Shown piece after piece: positions 26,235 to 39,912 of a DNA stretch of 64,000 nucleotides; the first letter of the stretch is position 1, and each line of letters begins with the position of its first letter. This DNA comes from Nemertoderma westbladi (lineage: Eukaryota > Animalia > Xenacoelomorpha), in assembly GCA_032718475.1 (NCBI GenBank), contig JAUCBJ010000865.1:1-64000 (forward strand), in the 5' to 3' direction. The translations under genes were made by a program, and so were the position numbers. The notes beneath the pieces were generated by a model. The model saw nothing but the letters and a program-made list of their open reading frames with translations, was not told the DNA's origin and made no database searches.

Positions 26235-26829
26235 GCCTTGTTCACACTCACTACTTAGTCGCCGGTACCTGATGGGAAAACACTTACTTGACAGGTGGTT
26301 TGGGACCAATAATGGTTGGTTACTATAGCGATGACCGACGCTACTATTGTGCAACCATGGCCTACTGTAGTCTAGTATAGATTCAACCTATCAAATCGTT
26401 GCTTCCTAATTTATTATAATCGAAATCGGTTATTTACATTTCGGTTAGTGACCTTTACCTCCATAGTCCATACCAGTTTCCAGGAGAGTGAGAATTGTCT
26501 ACCTAGTATGTCTATAGGTAGGTAGGAATGCAATGGGAACAAAACAATGGGTCTCTCGTGTAAAATAAATCAAGTTAAAGTTATCTTCGGCCGTTAGATT
26601 AGGAACTACTCACAAAGTCTGATTTCCAGAGTGGTCCTTCCAGAACTATACTTCCCTAAAAATACTGGTACTCATTTAGTTAACAATTAAGGATGCAAAC
26701 CAAAGATGCGTCCTGGCTAGCCCATTTAATGAAAACTGTCCTGACCCATATACAGGGATCGAACCCACGACCTCCTGATAATTGTGAATCAAGGGCAAGG
26801 GGTACGGTTTCAATGAGTGTGAACATGCC
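26235..26829. mobile_element. MITE with termini related to 2698-3070
   Basis: GCCTTGTTCACACTCA ... TGAGTGTGAACATGCC followed by TTAA. Confidence 0.5.
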
Positions 26830-27305
26830 TTAATGGAACTTTCATTAAATTTAGTTATATATTATTTTACCACCACATAAGTTGTTTGGTTTGGATTTGT
26901 TGGAAGAAAATTCTTTACTTAATACTGATTCACAAACCTACACCATGATGGTGAAATACAATTCAAATTGTTTGTAAACAATGGTTGGTGATAATAAATA
27001 GGGGTAAACACCAATAACATCAGCTATTTAATAAACATATTTAATTACTACACACACAAGGTCCATTGGGAGGATCAAATCTCTGGCGTAATTATATACA
27101 AATCACAGCGATATTTGTAGTTCTGAACCTCGTCTAAATTTTACACGAACCAAATGTCAACCTTCGGCATCGCTTAATTTGAGAACTTTGAATAGTTTTA
27201 AAAGTTTGTTGTCCAGGGAGATGAGATCATAGCTCAATAATTACCCATAAATATTGGAGAGTAAACCAGTACTGGAGTTTGCAAGAGTTAACGTGTACAT
27301 CCATA

Positions 27306-29611
27306 CTACTTGCGCTTCTGCCGTTTTTCCTTGGGAGGTTCAACTGGCCCACTAGCCGGACTGTATGCTGGACTGGAAGGGGAGTAGGATGGACTGCTGG
27401 GACTGTACTGGGGCGAACTGGGACTGTACTGCGGCGAGGTAGGACTGTATTGTGGGGAGCTGGGACTGTATGAAGCATCCCCCTGGGGGCTGGTGGGGCT
27501 GTAGGTCTGATGGCTGTCCCCAGCGGGGCTGTAGGGCCCTTGGGGGCTCGTCGGGCTGTACTTTGGACTGCTGGGAGTGTAGGAAGCAGCCTGGGGCGAA
27601 TAATCTTGGGGCGACGCCCCGTAACGGGGCGAGGTAGGGCTGTACGAGGGACTGGCCGGGGACTGATACGACGGGCTGGTGGGACTGTAGCGCGGGCTGG
27701 AGGGCGAGTAGCCCGGACTGGCAGACTGTGGGGCGTACTGAGGGCTAGAGGGCGAATACTGCGGACTCGAGGGCGAATACTTAGGAGAGCTGGGTGCGTA
27801 GCTGGGCGAGTTGGGCGAGTAACTGGGCGAAGTGGGCGTATACCTGGGAGAAGATGGGCTGTATCTGGGGCTAGTGGGACTGTACTTGGGACTGGATGGG
27901 CTGTACTTTGGACTGGAGGGACTGTATTTGGGACTGGACGGGCTATATTGCGGAGAGGATGGAGTGTATTTGGGGCTGCCGGTAGGAGAGTAGGAGGGGC
28001 TGGTGGGCGAGTAGGTTGGGCTAGTTGGGGTGTAACTGGGCGATGTGGGCGAATAACCTGGGCTGCTGGGCGAGTACTTGGGCGACACGGAGGCGCTGTA
28101 TTGCGGCGAGGTGGGCGAGTACTTGGGACTGGTTGGACTGTAACTCGGGGAAGTGGGCGAGTAGTTGGGCGACGTTGGGCCGTAGGAGGGGGAGGTGGGG
28201 GAGTAACGGGGGGAGGTAGGGGAGTATCCGCTGGGACTGGCCGGGGAGTAACTGGGGCTGGTTGGGGAATAGTTGGGGGAGGTGGGACTGTAACTGGGGC
28301 TAGTGGGACTGTATGAAGGACTGGTGGGACTGTAGCTTGGACTGGTAGGACTGTAGGATGGACTGGTAGGACTGTATGAAGGACTCGTGGGACTGTAGTT
28401 TGGACTAGCTGGCCCGTATGAGGGACTGGTAGGAGTGTATGATGGGCTGGATGGTGAATAGCTGGGGCTGGTTGGCGAGTAGTGTCTGTGGCCTCCGTCG
28501 TATTTGGGGGAAGTTGGACTGTAACTGGGCGAACTGGGGCTGTACTTGGGGGAGGTTGGCGAGTACTGTGGACTGCTTGGCGAGTAGGCGGGTGAGCTGG
28601 GGCTGTAGTTGGGTGAGTCGGGGCTGGCGGGGGCCACGAAGGATGGCGACGCGGGGCTGTACCCGCTGGGACTGAGCCCCGAGCTCGGGCTCGGCATGTA
28701 GCCGCTGCGAGCGGGACTGTCGCTGCCGCCCGGGGACATCCGGGGACTGTACCCCGGGGACAACCCGATCTCGGAGTGGCCGGCGGGACTGAACCCCGCG
28801 GTTCCGGGCGTCATCCCGGACGAGGAGGGCGACAGCCCCGAGTACATGGGCGTCGCCTGGGCGAGAGGCGTCATCTGGGGCGACAGACCGGCCTGGAGCC
28901 CGTACTGGAACGGGTACATCCCGGTGCCCTGCTCCCCGGCCAGATTCACCGGAATCTCCATTCCGTACTTACACTTCTCACCGTCCAACATAAGGTCGAA
29001 GGCCCCCGTCCCGCCGCGGGACAGCTGTCCCAACATGATGTTCTCCGAGACTCCCTTCACGAAGTCCACCTCCGAATGCGCCGATGCCTCCAAAAGAATG
29101 TCCACTGTCTCCTCGAACGAGGCTCGCATCATGGCGCCGACCTCCTGTCGGTTGATCCCGTGACGCGTGATCGCCATCAGGTGACCCCGACACGTCATCA
29201 CGTCGCATAGTAACGCAAGATGCCGGTAGTTGACGTAGGACCCGTCGAAAGAGATCACGTGATACATCTCGCGTTCCACGGCCTTACGGACTGCCTCGAT
29301 ACCGAGAACGGAGAGGATCTCGCAGATATCATTCGAGGTGGTTCGATGGCTGTCCACATCGGGTTCGCTGAGCACTTTAAGCAGAGCGACACCATCCGTC
29401 TCCAGTATCCACTCTTGGATACCTTTGAAATCGCCCTCATCTGTGATTATGAACCGCTTCTTGTCCTCTTCCTTAGGGAGATGCATGTAGACCTTGGCGA
29501 TGGAGTCGATACCTTGGAGGGTCATATCGGTTAGAATATTTGTCTCAATCATCCGTAGAAACATTTGGTCTTCCATCTTATCTACGTGTTCCTCATCGTC
29601 TTGGTCTTTAC
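27306..29611 (-). CDS. POLR2A: RNA polymerase II largest subunit, coding exon 3 (includes the CTD)
   Basis: Acceptor tatatttAG|GT AAA GAC (phase 1); [20 protein letters not shown] and YSPTSPS heptads; stop at 27306. Confidence 0.97.
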
Positions 29612-30433
29612 CTAAATATAAAACAAGTTTATAAATCTTTATTCTACAACCTCAAATACATTTCTAAATCTTACATAACTATCGCATACATATCCTATTT
29701 AGCCGCAACTAAGCTATAAACATATCCCAATCACTAAATAGTTAAAAAAAATAATCATTTTACTCAATTTTAACAGGAAACTAAAATATTCAGTTTACTC
29801 TAAAATATTATCACTGAAATTTATTAATTATCACTAAAGGGAGTTAAAATTGAGTTTAGTAATAAGTAATATTCGGTATTCTGGTGGATAAATATTTTAG
29901 TGACCAAATAACTATTTTGCTACCCCTAAAAAAATGTAACAACCAATTTATATAAGTTTGTGTTTAAAGTTACACATTTCAGTGGGCTGATCCGAGTGGT
30001 TTGCTACACGAACGAACGTAGTGAGTGAGAATCAAGTAACGAGCGTCAGCAGAACAATGTAAAGTACTTTGCAACAAGTATAAATGGACAGTCAAACTGT
30101 AGGTGGGCAGAGAGCCGATTATAATAATATGATAACTGTAGCCAATGTGTGAAGTAAAGGCCCATTATAATGTATGTAAAATAATAGACAACGGAAACGT
30201 AATAACAAGTTTCAGTTTCATATTAAAGAGTTCCTCTAAAGATATAAAGTCTCGTTACTCTACAGACTGTGCAGCTGTAATCTGATATGTTATTGTTCCA
30301 TAAGGTTATAATAATTGGCAATATAACAACACGCCGTTAATAACGGCGTTAAGTAATGTTACAATTTAGGGAGATAAAGTACTTTACAACACGTACGTCA
30401 TGTATTTTTACCCGAAATTTCTAACATCCTTAC

Positions 30434-32807
30434 CGCTATCGCTGTTCATAATCCGAATTCGCAGAACGAGTTTCTCCGCATTGTCGTCATTGAAGATGCA
30501 GTTGAGATCGTTACCGAAACCGCTGTTAATCTTCTCCGCGATCTGCTCCATGGTGAGTTTTTTATCCGTCATCTTCTTGCGATCCAGTTCGATGCGGAGC
30601 AGCCAGGGCGAGATCCTGGTGGGATCGAAGTCCGGCATCTCGTAGTAAACGTTAACGAAGTCCTGATCCTCGGCGATGCAGGTGTTCTGTGGATCCGGGT
30701 CGTAGTATATCGCCGTGTTGGCCGTTACTTTCCGCAGGGTCGTGTGCTCCAACCTACACAGAACGTCTTTGCACTTCTCAGCATCCCTCGAGGCCGACCC
30801 AGTCAGGAACACCGTCAACGACGGCGTCTTAGGATTTTTACTAACGTTGATAATTTCCTTGAGTCGCGGCACCCCGAGGGTCACGTTCTTAGCGGAGACG
30901 CCGGCGAAATGGAAAGTGTTGAGGGTCATCTGTGTGGCGGGTTCCCCCAGACTCTGGGCGGCCAGAGCGCCGCACATCTCCCCGGGTTGCGACATCGCCT
31001 GGTTGAATCGCGCCTCAACCTCCCCCAACAGCCATTCGAACGAAGCCGCGTTCAGATGGTGCTCGAACGCGACGCGGTTCGAACACAAACTCGATCGCAA
31101 CAAACAGTTGAATAAAAGCGTGGCGTTCTGTTGAGCCTCGACGCTCAACCGATCCTCCCCTTTGACTACGACCAGCCGTTTACTGAGATCCCGCACACCT
31201 TCGATCACCTTGAGGGGGTGAAGATCGCTGGGCTGCCTCGGATTCAAATGGAAGATCTTCTGGGCGTTCCAGATGAGTCGGTTCATGTTGCACGGGAGAA
31301 CCACCTTACTGTCACCCTTAGGGGAGATCATTCGGAGATCAACGCGATCTTTCGTCAACTGCTGATACTCCAGATCAATCTGTTGTTGGAGTTGTGCCGA
31401 CGTACTGATCTCCCGGACAATCTCCTCGGCGAGAACCTTACGGAGCATTCGGTCGTTGTTGACGTCAAACTTAAACTTCTTCTCGAACACTTTGTTATTT
31501 GGTTTAATAGAAGCGATGTTCTGGAATTCTACGAATTCCCCGGCCAATCCGTCCTCGCCGTATAGGAACTGTACGAGCGCGTTGTTACTGTTCCTAACCG
31601 TCCCATCATACTCGACCATGACCCCCTCCATCGCCTTTATCAACCGCCTCTGGATGTAACCCGTCTCCGACGTCTTTACCGCGGTATCGATGAGCCCCTC
31701 ACGGCCTCCCATCGCGTGGAAGAAGAACTCGGTCGGGGTGAGCCCCGCCATGTAGGAGTTCTCGACGAAACCCCGAGACTCCGGCCCGTAATCGTCCTTA
31801 AGGAAGTGCGGGAGACTCCGATGACGGAACCCGAAGGGAATACGTTTACCCTCGACGTTCTGCTGCCCGCAACAGGCGATCACCTGCGATATATTAATCT
31901 TGGAACCCTTGGAACCGGCTACCACCATCGCTTTAAAGTTATTGTAACCGGAAAGCGACTTCTGCGCAGCCCCGCCAGTTTTATCACGAGCGTCGTTTAG
32001 GATCCGGTTGACTTTATTCTCGAAGGTCTGCCGCAGCGTGTTGCCAGGCGACGGCTCTAAGTCGTCGTTATGCGCCATCTCGATTACCTCTATGACGTCG
32101 TGTTTGGCCTTCCGGATGGTCTCTTTAATCTCGTTGTAGGTCTCGGTGTCGGCGATACAATCACCGATCCCGATGGTGTGGCCCTGGATGAGGAACCAGT
32201 TGTTCACCAACTTCTGGACGTTACCGTAGAAGTACTTGGCGATCTCGTGACCTTTCTCCAGGAAGATCACGTGATTCAACGACCCAGCCGATGGGCCCAG
32301 CGACTTCTTACAGAGAATCCCGGTGATCAGCTCCCCGTCCTCTATTAGCACCTTGGTGTCCCCCGGGGAGATGTGTTTGAAGGGGCCTCGGTCTTCCTCG
32401 TCGGGGTGGGTTGAGTGCGTGCGGACGCAGTTCACGCCCGGAGGGATGAGCACGGATAGAAGTTGCTTACCGGTCCACAAAGGTTGGGGTTTCAGTATCG
32501 CTGGCTGCGGAATCCTTCCGTCCCAGTCCCCAACCCACATAAGTAGGTTCATCACGTGTCCCTTCTCTATGAACACGTCGCGTTTCGTCATCATACGGAC
32601 AGCCGCCAATGTGTCCTGCACGATCCCCATTACGGGACGGTTCGACTGCGGGGTTATCAACATTCTCGGGGTCATCATCATCTCCTGTATCTCGGCGCGT
32701 GTCTCGACGGACTGGGGGACGTGGAGGTTCATCTCGTCGCCGTCGAAGTCGGCGTTGTACGGCGTCGTGACGCTGAGATTCATACGGAAAGTCGACCACG
32801 GAAGGAC
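30434..32807 (-). CDS. POLR2A: RNA polymerase II largest subunit, coding exon 2
   Basis: Acceptor (C)nAG|GTC restores [11 protein letters not shown]; catalytic NADFDGD; bridge helix [13 protein letters not shown]; trigger loop TQMTLNTFH; donor AGCG|GTAAG. Length 2374 nt keeps the frame. Confidence 0.97.
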
Positions 32808-34224
32808 CTGGGGGGGGGGGGGGGGAGATATTAACTGGCAATGTAAGAGATAAACTATGTGGTACTAGACATGGGGTTATTACAGATAAAAGTTGTAAAG
32901 TAAAACAACATTAAACGGTTGCAACTAAATAAGGTCACATTTAAATTTAATGTTTTAAACGTCAATTTTAAGGTATCGATAAACTTTGTTGCATTTCTTC
33001 CTTGGTTCTGCCATACTGCCATACGTTCTTCATACGTTAAACATATGCGAATTAGATGAGATCTTCTAGTCCTGTTGTCTTTTGAACTTTTGTCTTGACA
33101 TAATGAATGATTTTTAATTTACTTTATTATTATTTACCTCGGGATCCCGAGACTTTATTTTTAATTATTGACGACAAAAATCAACTTCAACAAGATTAAT
33201 GTCCCGGTGCTCTATCAATGGGTGAGCATATAACTACTGGTTTTATCAACAACTGTTATATATTGAGGTCACTTTCCTTTGACACTATAAGCACGGACGT
33301 ATACTAGAGTACTTTAATACGTGATGACTGCTGACAGCAAACAACTTACCATTTGGCAGCAAGATTTGTTAATTATAAATTAATTAGGCAACATTAATAT
33401 GCATGTAATCATATTTATAGATTAATTAACTTCACCAGTGGATCATATTTTAACGTACATTGTGGTTTTATATTTTACTTTAACAAGGTGTTAAGGCAAT
33501 CTCGTGTTATTGTATATAATTACCGGTCTGGCCGTAATATTATTTAATAAATATGAAAAATGTTCACAAAGATTAAGCCACTTGTTATAAATATGAAAAC
33601 ACTTTATTTACCACAAAATCTTCGACAAAAATAAATTAAAACTTTCCGCTAAATTTAAATACTTTAAATTACTAATCTAAAATACTTTACGTTCTCTTTC
33701 AGCAAACTACATTAGAAATCAACTCACCCGAGACGGTTCGAACGGTGCTGGATATAATAATTTTCTCAAAAAGTAATAATAATAATAGATTCATCTATTC
33801 AATCTCTGAGAATGCCACCATAAATATGTGGAAATATTTTAATGTAAGCGCTTGCGAATATACAATTTTAATAATAATAATAATATTAACAGTTATTTAT
33901 AAAGCGTATTTTGCTGATCTAATGAGATTCAATGCCGCTAGACAGATAAAGACGCAAAAGATATCCACATCCCACATAATATTTTACACAATAAATTATT
34001 TGCGAACCCTATCGAATAAGCTAATGTATTTAATTGACGTTTTATTGAATCCAAATTTTAGCAAAGTCCTTGGGAGGGTGGGGGAGGGGGGAGAGGGGCG
34101 GGGGGTATCCGGGTATATCATTCATACTTCATACATACATGAAAAAACATAAAACAATATTATACTGTACAAAATAAATTTAATTAAAGATCATATAAAC
34201 TAGCTTTACAACGCTGCAACTCAC

Positions 34225-35625
34225 CTTTATTTTGTGGCCCATCATGGACATTTTATGCAACGTCGGCTGGCGATTAAACACGATAACATCCCCGTCCCGT
34301 ATGTGCCGCTCTACTTTATAACCGACATGTAGATGCAGATCTGAGGTCCGTGGATGGAACCTGAGATCGACACGGTCGCCGTTCTCCCGGATGATGTACT
34401 TGGCGCCGGGGTAGGCGTTGGCCCCCTTCTCGACCAGCTCTTGGAGGCGGTCGATGTTGAACGGGGTCACGATCTCGGGGAACGTGAGGTTGGCCGCAAT
34501 GGTGCGGGGTACACCGACCTGGTCGATCTCTAGGTTGGGATCCGCGGTAATAACAGTACGAGCTGAGAAATCCACCCGTTTACCCATTAGGTTCCCCCGG
34601 ATGCGGCCTTCCTTAGACTTTAACCGCTGTTTAATCGACTTTAAAGGCCGTCCGCTTTTCTGACAAGCTCGCGGAACTTGCGGTTGCTCGTTGTCTATAA
34701 GAGTGGCTACGTGGTATTGCAACATCTTGGCGTTCTCGGATACGAGATGGGCCGCCGCACCGTTTTCCTCGTTCCTACGCAACTCGTTGTTTATCTTGAC
34801 GATATCCGCGAGTTTGTGAGTCAAGTCGTCCTGGGAGCGCGCCGATCCGAACATGACGACCGAGGGCCGAACCTGCAACGGCGCCACTGGGACCACCGTG
34901 AGAACCATCCAATCGGGTCGACAGAACCGCACGTCGAATCCCATAACCACACATTCCTCCTCGGAGATACGCTTAAAGATCTCGTGGACTCGTTCCGGGG
35001 TCACTACCATCTTCTTCTCTTGAGTGTCCTCGTTAACTTCCTGCCATTCGCCCGTAACGTCTAGTCCGGAACGTTTGTACTTGGGCTGGAAACGACCACA
35101 CCCCTCGTGCCCAACCCGCTCCTCTGTAGTTCCGTCGAACTGCCTATCCAACGTGTCGCCACCTTCGCAAACCTTCTTCGCTTTACATAAATCATAAACG
35201 AAGTTTAACCGCCTCTTTCCAGAGCCTTTTGTTTTAGAAAGAATCTCTTTAACCTTTGGGTTAGCTGGGTCCACCCGCAGGCGACTACAGAAGAAACAAA
35301 CGCAACGCAACACTTTTACTATTTTACTTATGTATCCGACGTGGAACACCGGTTTCGCGAGTTCGATATGTCCGAAATGACCCGGACAGTCGGTCATGTT
35401 CCCCGCGCAGGTCTGGCAGCGACTGTTGCGGTCCACGCAGCCCTGTCTGGGGTCCATCAACCCGCCCAGCTTGGGCTTCCCGCCCTCCTGGGTCTCAGGG
35501 TAACGGATTCCGCCGTCCACCGTAACGCTCATGTATTTCGTCTCCTCCGGGGAAAGTAGACCGAATTGGACTCGTTTGACGAGTCGTATTGGAGCGGAAG
35601 AATCTACCGGGTACTGATACGCCAT
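34225..35625 (-). CDS. POLR2A: RNA polymerase II largest subunit, coding exon 1
   Basis: [17 protein letters not shown] zinc site, [21 protein letters not shown]; donor AAG|GTGAG (phase 0). The joined CDS is 6081 nt (2026 aa). Confidence 0.97.
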
Positions 35626-36724
35626 AATGATGGAGTCCTAAACAGCTAACAGGCTAAGCGGGGAAGATAGGCCTAATCATATAGTGATAGACCACGTCAC
35701 TTGATTGCAGCCAGGCAGCCAACATTATTTATCAATATAAACAATTACAGCATTACTGCATTACGGTATTATGGTATTACCATAAACCTGTAAAAACAAC
35801 AAACTACAGAACTATGTAGGCCTATTCAAGAAGTCATGTACTGCATTCCTATTAAATGCAGGTTTAAACAAACCAGTACTGCAGTAAGAAATGTAGGAAC
35901 AGAATAACATGCCTATGAATTTGGTATTTAGGCAGGGGAAAAATGTACGGTAGTGTAAAATCCAGGGGATTGATTGGATTAATGATTATTGTATGAATGA
36001 GGAGGGTACAAATTTTATCACTAATAGGTTGGTTGCAGCCATAATGTCGTCATTGTCTACGTAGGTATGGGTGTCTCTAGTTTTGCCTTATATGTACATC
36101 CCTACCATTTAGTTTATTTTAACTTTGAATGTAATAAGGGGCAACGGCAACCCATCGAACATTTCAGTACAACATTGGTGGACAGTGTGGGTCCCCATGC
36201 AACCCACCCATACCAAACCTATGACACTAACTGTGTTCACATTTTAAAATAATAATATTTTGCTAACTGTACCAATCCAATGTACGTACAGTACACGTAC
36301 ACGACACGTTCAGGTTCACACGTCCGCATGGCATCATGAAGGCTCTTATTATTTAGAATTATATAGGAAGGGTCATTTCCTTACATTCGAGAGGCCATGA
36401 CTTAACCGAGGTTTACAATAAATTAGTTATTTAAGCTTCTTGCAGTTACAAGTACACAAGTACAGGCACTGTACCTCAAATTACAATTAAAGTATTCTAA
36501 GTAATCTCAACCGCAACACACACATAATAAATAAATATGTGGTTAATATGTAATAAAAATGTTTTTAATTCCATTGGCTTCCAATCCGTGTAGGATTGAT
36601 TACTAATGACATATAAAATGCAAAACCGAATCATCAACATAATATTAGTATTAAAAATCAATATGTATAAATACAAAATAATGTACAACTGTTTTACTTT
36701 ATATCTGCTGTACAGTATCCATGG

Positions 36725-39061
36725 CTACAATATAACAAAGTTAGACTTGGAGTCTGGGTAACGGCTACTCCACGCAGTAATATTGCACAATGGCGTACCG
36801 GTGCAGTTAATGTGAGGGGAAAATAAACACAGTCCTGAAAAATTCCACTGGCTAAATACCAGATAGTCTATCCACTTCGCTAGACTGTCTCCAGTAGCAG
36901 ACCGCCATGGAGGTACTTCCGGCTTCAGTTGTAGAAATTCCGCTAAATCCGTCCAGTTCCGATCCGGAGTGGCTGCATCCCCATTGGTTGGCCCGTTGTG
37001 TAGCAGTTCGCTTTGGGTAACAGTTAACGGGTTACCCCCCAAGTAATATTGTGGAGCGACGATAAACCCCAAAGTAGCGACGACCATCCATCGGTAGTAA
37101 ATAAGGAGACGCCATCTACCGGGAAGTAGCGGTAGTCTCAACGCAGGATCGTGGTGTATAACGTAAGGGGATTCATCGGAAACAGTCAAGGAGAAATCGA
37201 ATGAGGCCGATATTTTATTAGCAGGATCGACCCAGGTCGCTGTTACTACGGGGGATTCTCCACTCTCAATCCCCCAGAGACTCCCGTTGTTATCCCAACG
37301 CATTGCCATAGATACCGAAGACCGCGGCCCTAGCAACGGGCCGGGGTCCCGGAATCGAGACTCCTTGGCGTCCCAGCGCGCCCCGATACTCAGGTGGTCT
37401 AGGCAACGAGACACCGACTGGGACGTAGAGAGTTTGAGTAAATCCCGCGGAGTTAGAAGAACCTCCAACATTCCGTCGTCGTCCGCGGCCCGGGACAACG
37501 CGACCGCGTATCCGACGAACGCGTTGGCGCGCCAATAGGAGTGCGCGACGAGCGGCGCGTAAGGAGCCGGCAGACCCGGCAGGTTGGCCAGTCTAGCGGC
37601 CGCGTGCACCAGGGTTCGCATCAGGTCGGAGCCTTCCAGAACGTCTGTGTGTCCGTGGTAAACGTTCTCCCAGTAGAAACCGACGTGTTCGTTTCGGATA
37701 TCGAGAATGTCGCTGTCGATACGAGAAATAATCGATTCATCGATCGAAGATTCAAATTTCCGCGCGAAGAAAGTTGGCCTGATCGTGTTGAGTTTATAGT
37801 AATCTGTGTTAAGGAACACATTAGGGGAGCAGCCGCACCAATCAACGAACTCCTTGTACTGACACTGGCAGCCTTTACTGCGTTGCCAGTTGGTTACTCG
37901 TAGATTGTTATCGACTATTAGATCGCAGAACTCGCTGTGCAGCCCGAGAGTGTGGAAGAAGGACTCGAGTGGTAGCAGAGTGAATCTATAGAGTTCCTTC
38001 AACCCGACAACCAACGCATCCGTACCGTAGATCGCGTACCTTATCAGATCTACGTGTAGGGTCAGCCAATCGGAACCACCCTTAACAGCGACCCCTAGCG
38101 GTAATGCGCGAGAACCTATCTTGTACATATGCGCGTCGCATTCGATAAAGTTTTTAAGCAGACCTTGTTTCCTTAAGAACCGACTGTAATCCCCAGAGTG
38201 GCTCCTAACAAAGTTAATTCCTTTACGTTCATTAAGATAATCGACAAACTCCTCGTTGATTCTTATTGGATAATCCGTACCGCTGAGGTTTATGACGTAA
38301 TCGTACTTCCAGGCTAAGGATTCCAGCATAAACCGACAGGATTCAAGGTAAACGGTGAGAAGACTAGCCCCGCCCCAAATGGGAGCCAATCGTGCTGGAG
38401 TTACATAGATATTGGATACGTTCGTTGCCAAAGACGACAATATCCAGTGCAGATACTCGGATCTCTTATCCACGTGGAAATAGAAGAAGTGTTCGCGACT
38501 GTAGATACGGGAGAGTAAACGTTGAATCTGGCGATCCGATCTGCCATGGACGACCAGTAGATAAGCGATGCGAACTGGTGTCGTACTGTTAATAGTTAAT
38601 AATGTTTTATTCGCAGGAAAGTTACCCCTTTTAGAGTGACAGTAATTGGGTAACCGTCTCGGATATAGAGTTCCATTCTTCGCCCCACAAATTCCTTCAG
38701 CTATACGTTTCCTGCAATCTATAGATTTAGCTCGTTGCAATGCGCTCCATCCTTCTTTATCTTTTGCAGTAATATTGCATTGTAATATAAACCGATTTGT
38801 AACATTATCGTATTCCATAGTTGATGGTAACGATGGTGTTGATTGGTAGGAACGAAGTAAACTACTCCAATCTCGTCCATCCTGAACCGACTGGTCAACG
38901 TGTTTGGTTTGATGGAACGCACTAAATTTATAGACAATAAAGAGATGGCCGACTACAGCAATAGCAGTAGCTGCAAGTACATAATCATAATAACTGAAAC
39001 TGAAAATGGTCCGCAACCACCAATTATATAGAGAAAGCAATGAACGTCGTAATATAAACAT
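36725..39061 (-). CDS. XYLT: Protein xylosyltransferase (XYLT1/2 / oxt family, GT14 plus Xylo_C), single coding exon, about 778 aa
   Basis: N-terminal TM anchor; SALQRAKS, IWGGASLL, INLSGTDYP, GGSDW, NNLRVTNW..GCQCQY..VDWCGCSP and FFARKFE motifs. The first ATG is at 39061 (the ORF track starts at a TTG). Confidence 0.93.
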   Translation of the reverse strand: MFILRRSLLSLYNWWLRTIFSFSYYDYVLAATAIAVVGHLFIVYKFSAFHQTKHVDQSVQDGRDWSSLLRSYQSTPSLPSTMEYDNVTNRFILQCNITAKDKEGWSALQRAKSIDCRKRIAEGICGAKNGTLYPRRLPNYCHSKRGNFPANKTLLTINSTTPVRIAYLLVVHGRSDRQIQRLLSRIYSREHFFYFHVDKRSEYLHWILSSLATNVSNIYVTPARLAPIWGGASLLTVYLESCRFMLESLAWKYDYVINLSGTDYPIRINEEFVDYLNERKGINFVRSHSGDYSRFLRKQGLLKNFIECDAHMYKIGSRALPLGVAVKGGSDWLTLHVDLIRYAIYGTDALVVGLKELYRFTLLPLESFFHTLGLHSEFCDLIVDNNLRVTNWQRSKGCQCQYKEFVDWCGCSPNVFLNTDYYKLNTIRPTFFARKFESSIDESIISRIDSDILDIRNEHVGFYWENVYHGHTDVLEGSDLMRTLVHAAARLANLPGLPAPYAPLVAHSYWRANAFVGYAVALSRAADDDGMLEVLLTPRDLLKLSTSQSVSRCLDHLSIGARWDAKESRFRDPGPLLGPRSSVSMAMRWDNNGSLWGIESGESPVVTATWVDPANKISASFDFSLTVSDESPYVIHHDPALRLPLLPGRWRLLIYYRWMVVATLGFIVAPQYYLGGNPLTVTQSELLHNGPTNGDAATPDRNWTDLAEFLQLKPEVPPWRSATGDSLAKWIDYLVFSQWNFSGLCLFSPHINCTGTPLCNITAWSSRYPDSKSNFVIL

Positions 39062-39563
39062 TTTATTAAAATAAACAGATAAAAAAACATCCAACTGTTA
39101 AATATCAGAATCAGATTAGAAATAGGACAGTAGGACTTAAACCGTGATAAGAACGACTGAACGATGAACTGGAGCTCTGACAATTCGCCCCCTTGCGGCA
39201 GACATTGGACATGGGAACTATCTGACTATATAAGTCCTGAAGTCTGTCTGTGTGTAGAATTTCTATACCTGTGACCTGTGATACACTACACTACATGTGT
39301 ACTAAAATTGGCAACAAACAAACAACAGAACAAACAAACTAATAACATAATAATACAGTAGCTGGAGGAACCCGAGCAGTGCTCCAATGATAAAATTTAA
39401 ATTTTATTTCTTTTTAATCTCGAATTAGAATTGCATGTTTTTACTTATATAGGCCTACTGTATATTTATCTTAGCTAACTGTAGTTGTCTTTCGGGATAT
39501 TTGCAATTTTTACGTTATTATTGTATTTCATAATCCGAATACAGGAATAATAGGGCAGTATAC

Positions 39564-39650
39564 AGACGTTTCGGCCTAGGACGTTTCGGTCTAGGACGTT
39601 TCGGTCCAGGACGTTTCGGCCCGGACGATTCGGCCCGGACGTTTCGGCCC
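39564..39650. repeat. Tandem 14-15-bp GGACGTTTCGGYC array (foldback-type terminus fragment)
   Basis: About 6 copies visible. Confidence 0.7.
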
Positions 39651-39912
39651 ATGACTGTTACCGAATAAAAAGGCTAACTTGTTTGATATGATGATAATTA
39701 TTCATTAAAATTATAATTATTTCACAATAACATACAAACACTTAATAAAATATCTTTCATGAAATGGCTATTTAATTTACCTTTATTTCAAAATAAAATA
39801 AGCATTAGGGAAGTGGTGCTCTGGTTCCATAGACAATTCGCCATCAATTATGTTATGCGGCCGAAAAAATGCAAGTTAGAACAAATCTATTGGTCTCGAG
39901 TAGGGCTCGATC

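Noticed and set aside
27510-28316. 268-aa Gly/Arg-rich plus-strand ORF and other antisense ORFs over RPB1
   Set aside because: Shadow frames of the repetitive, GC-rich CTD and coding sequence.
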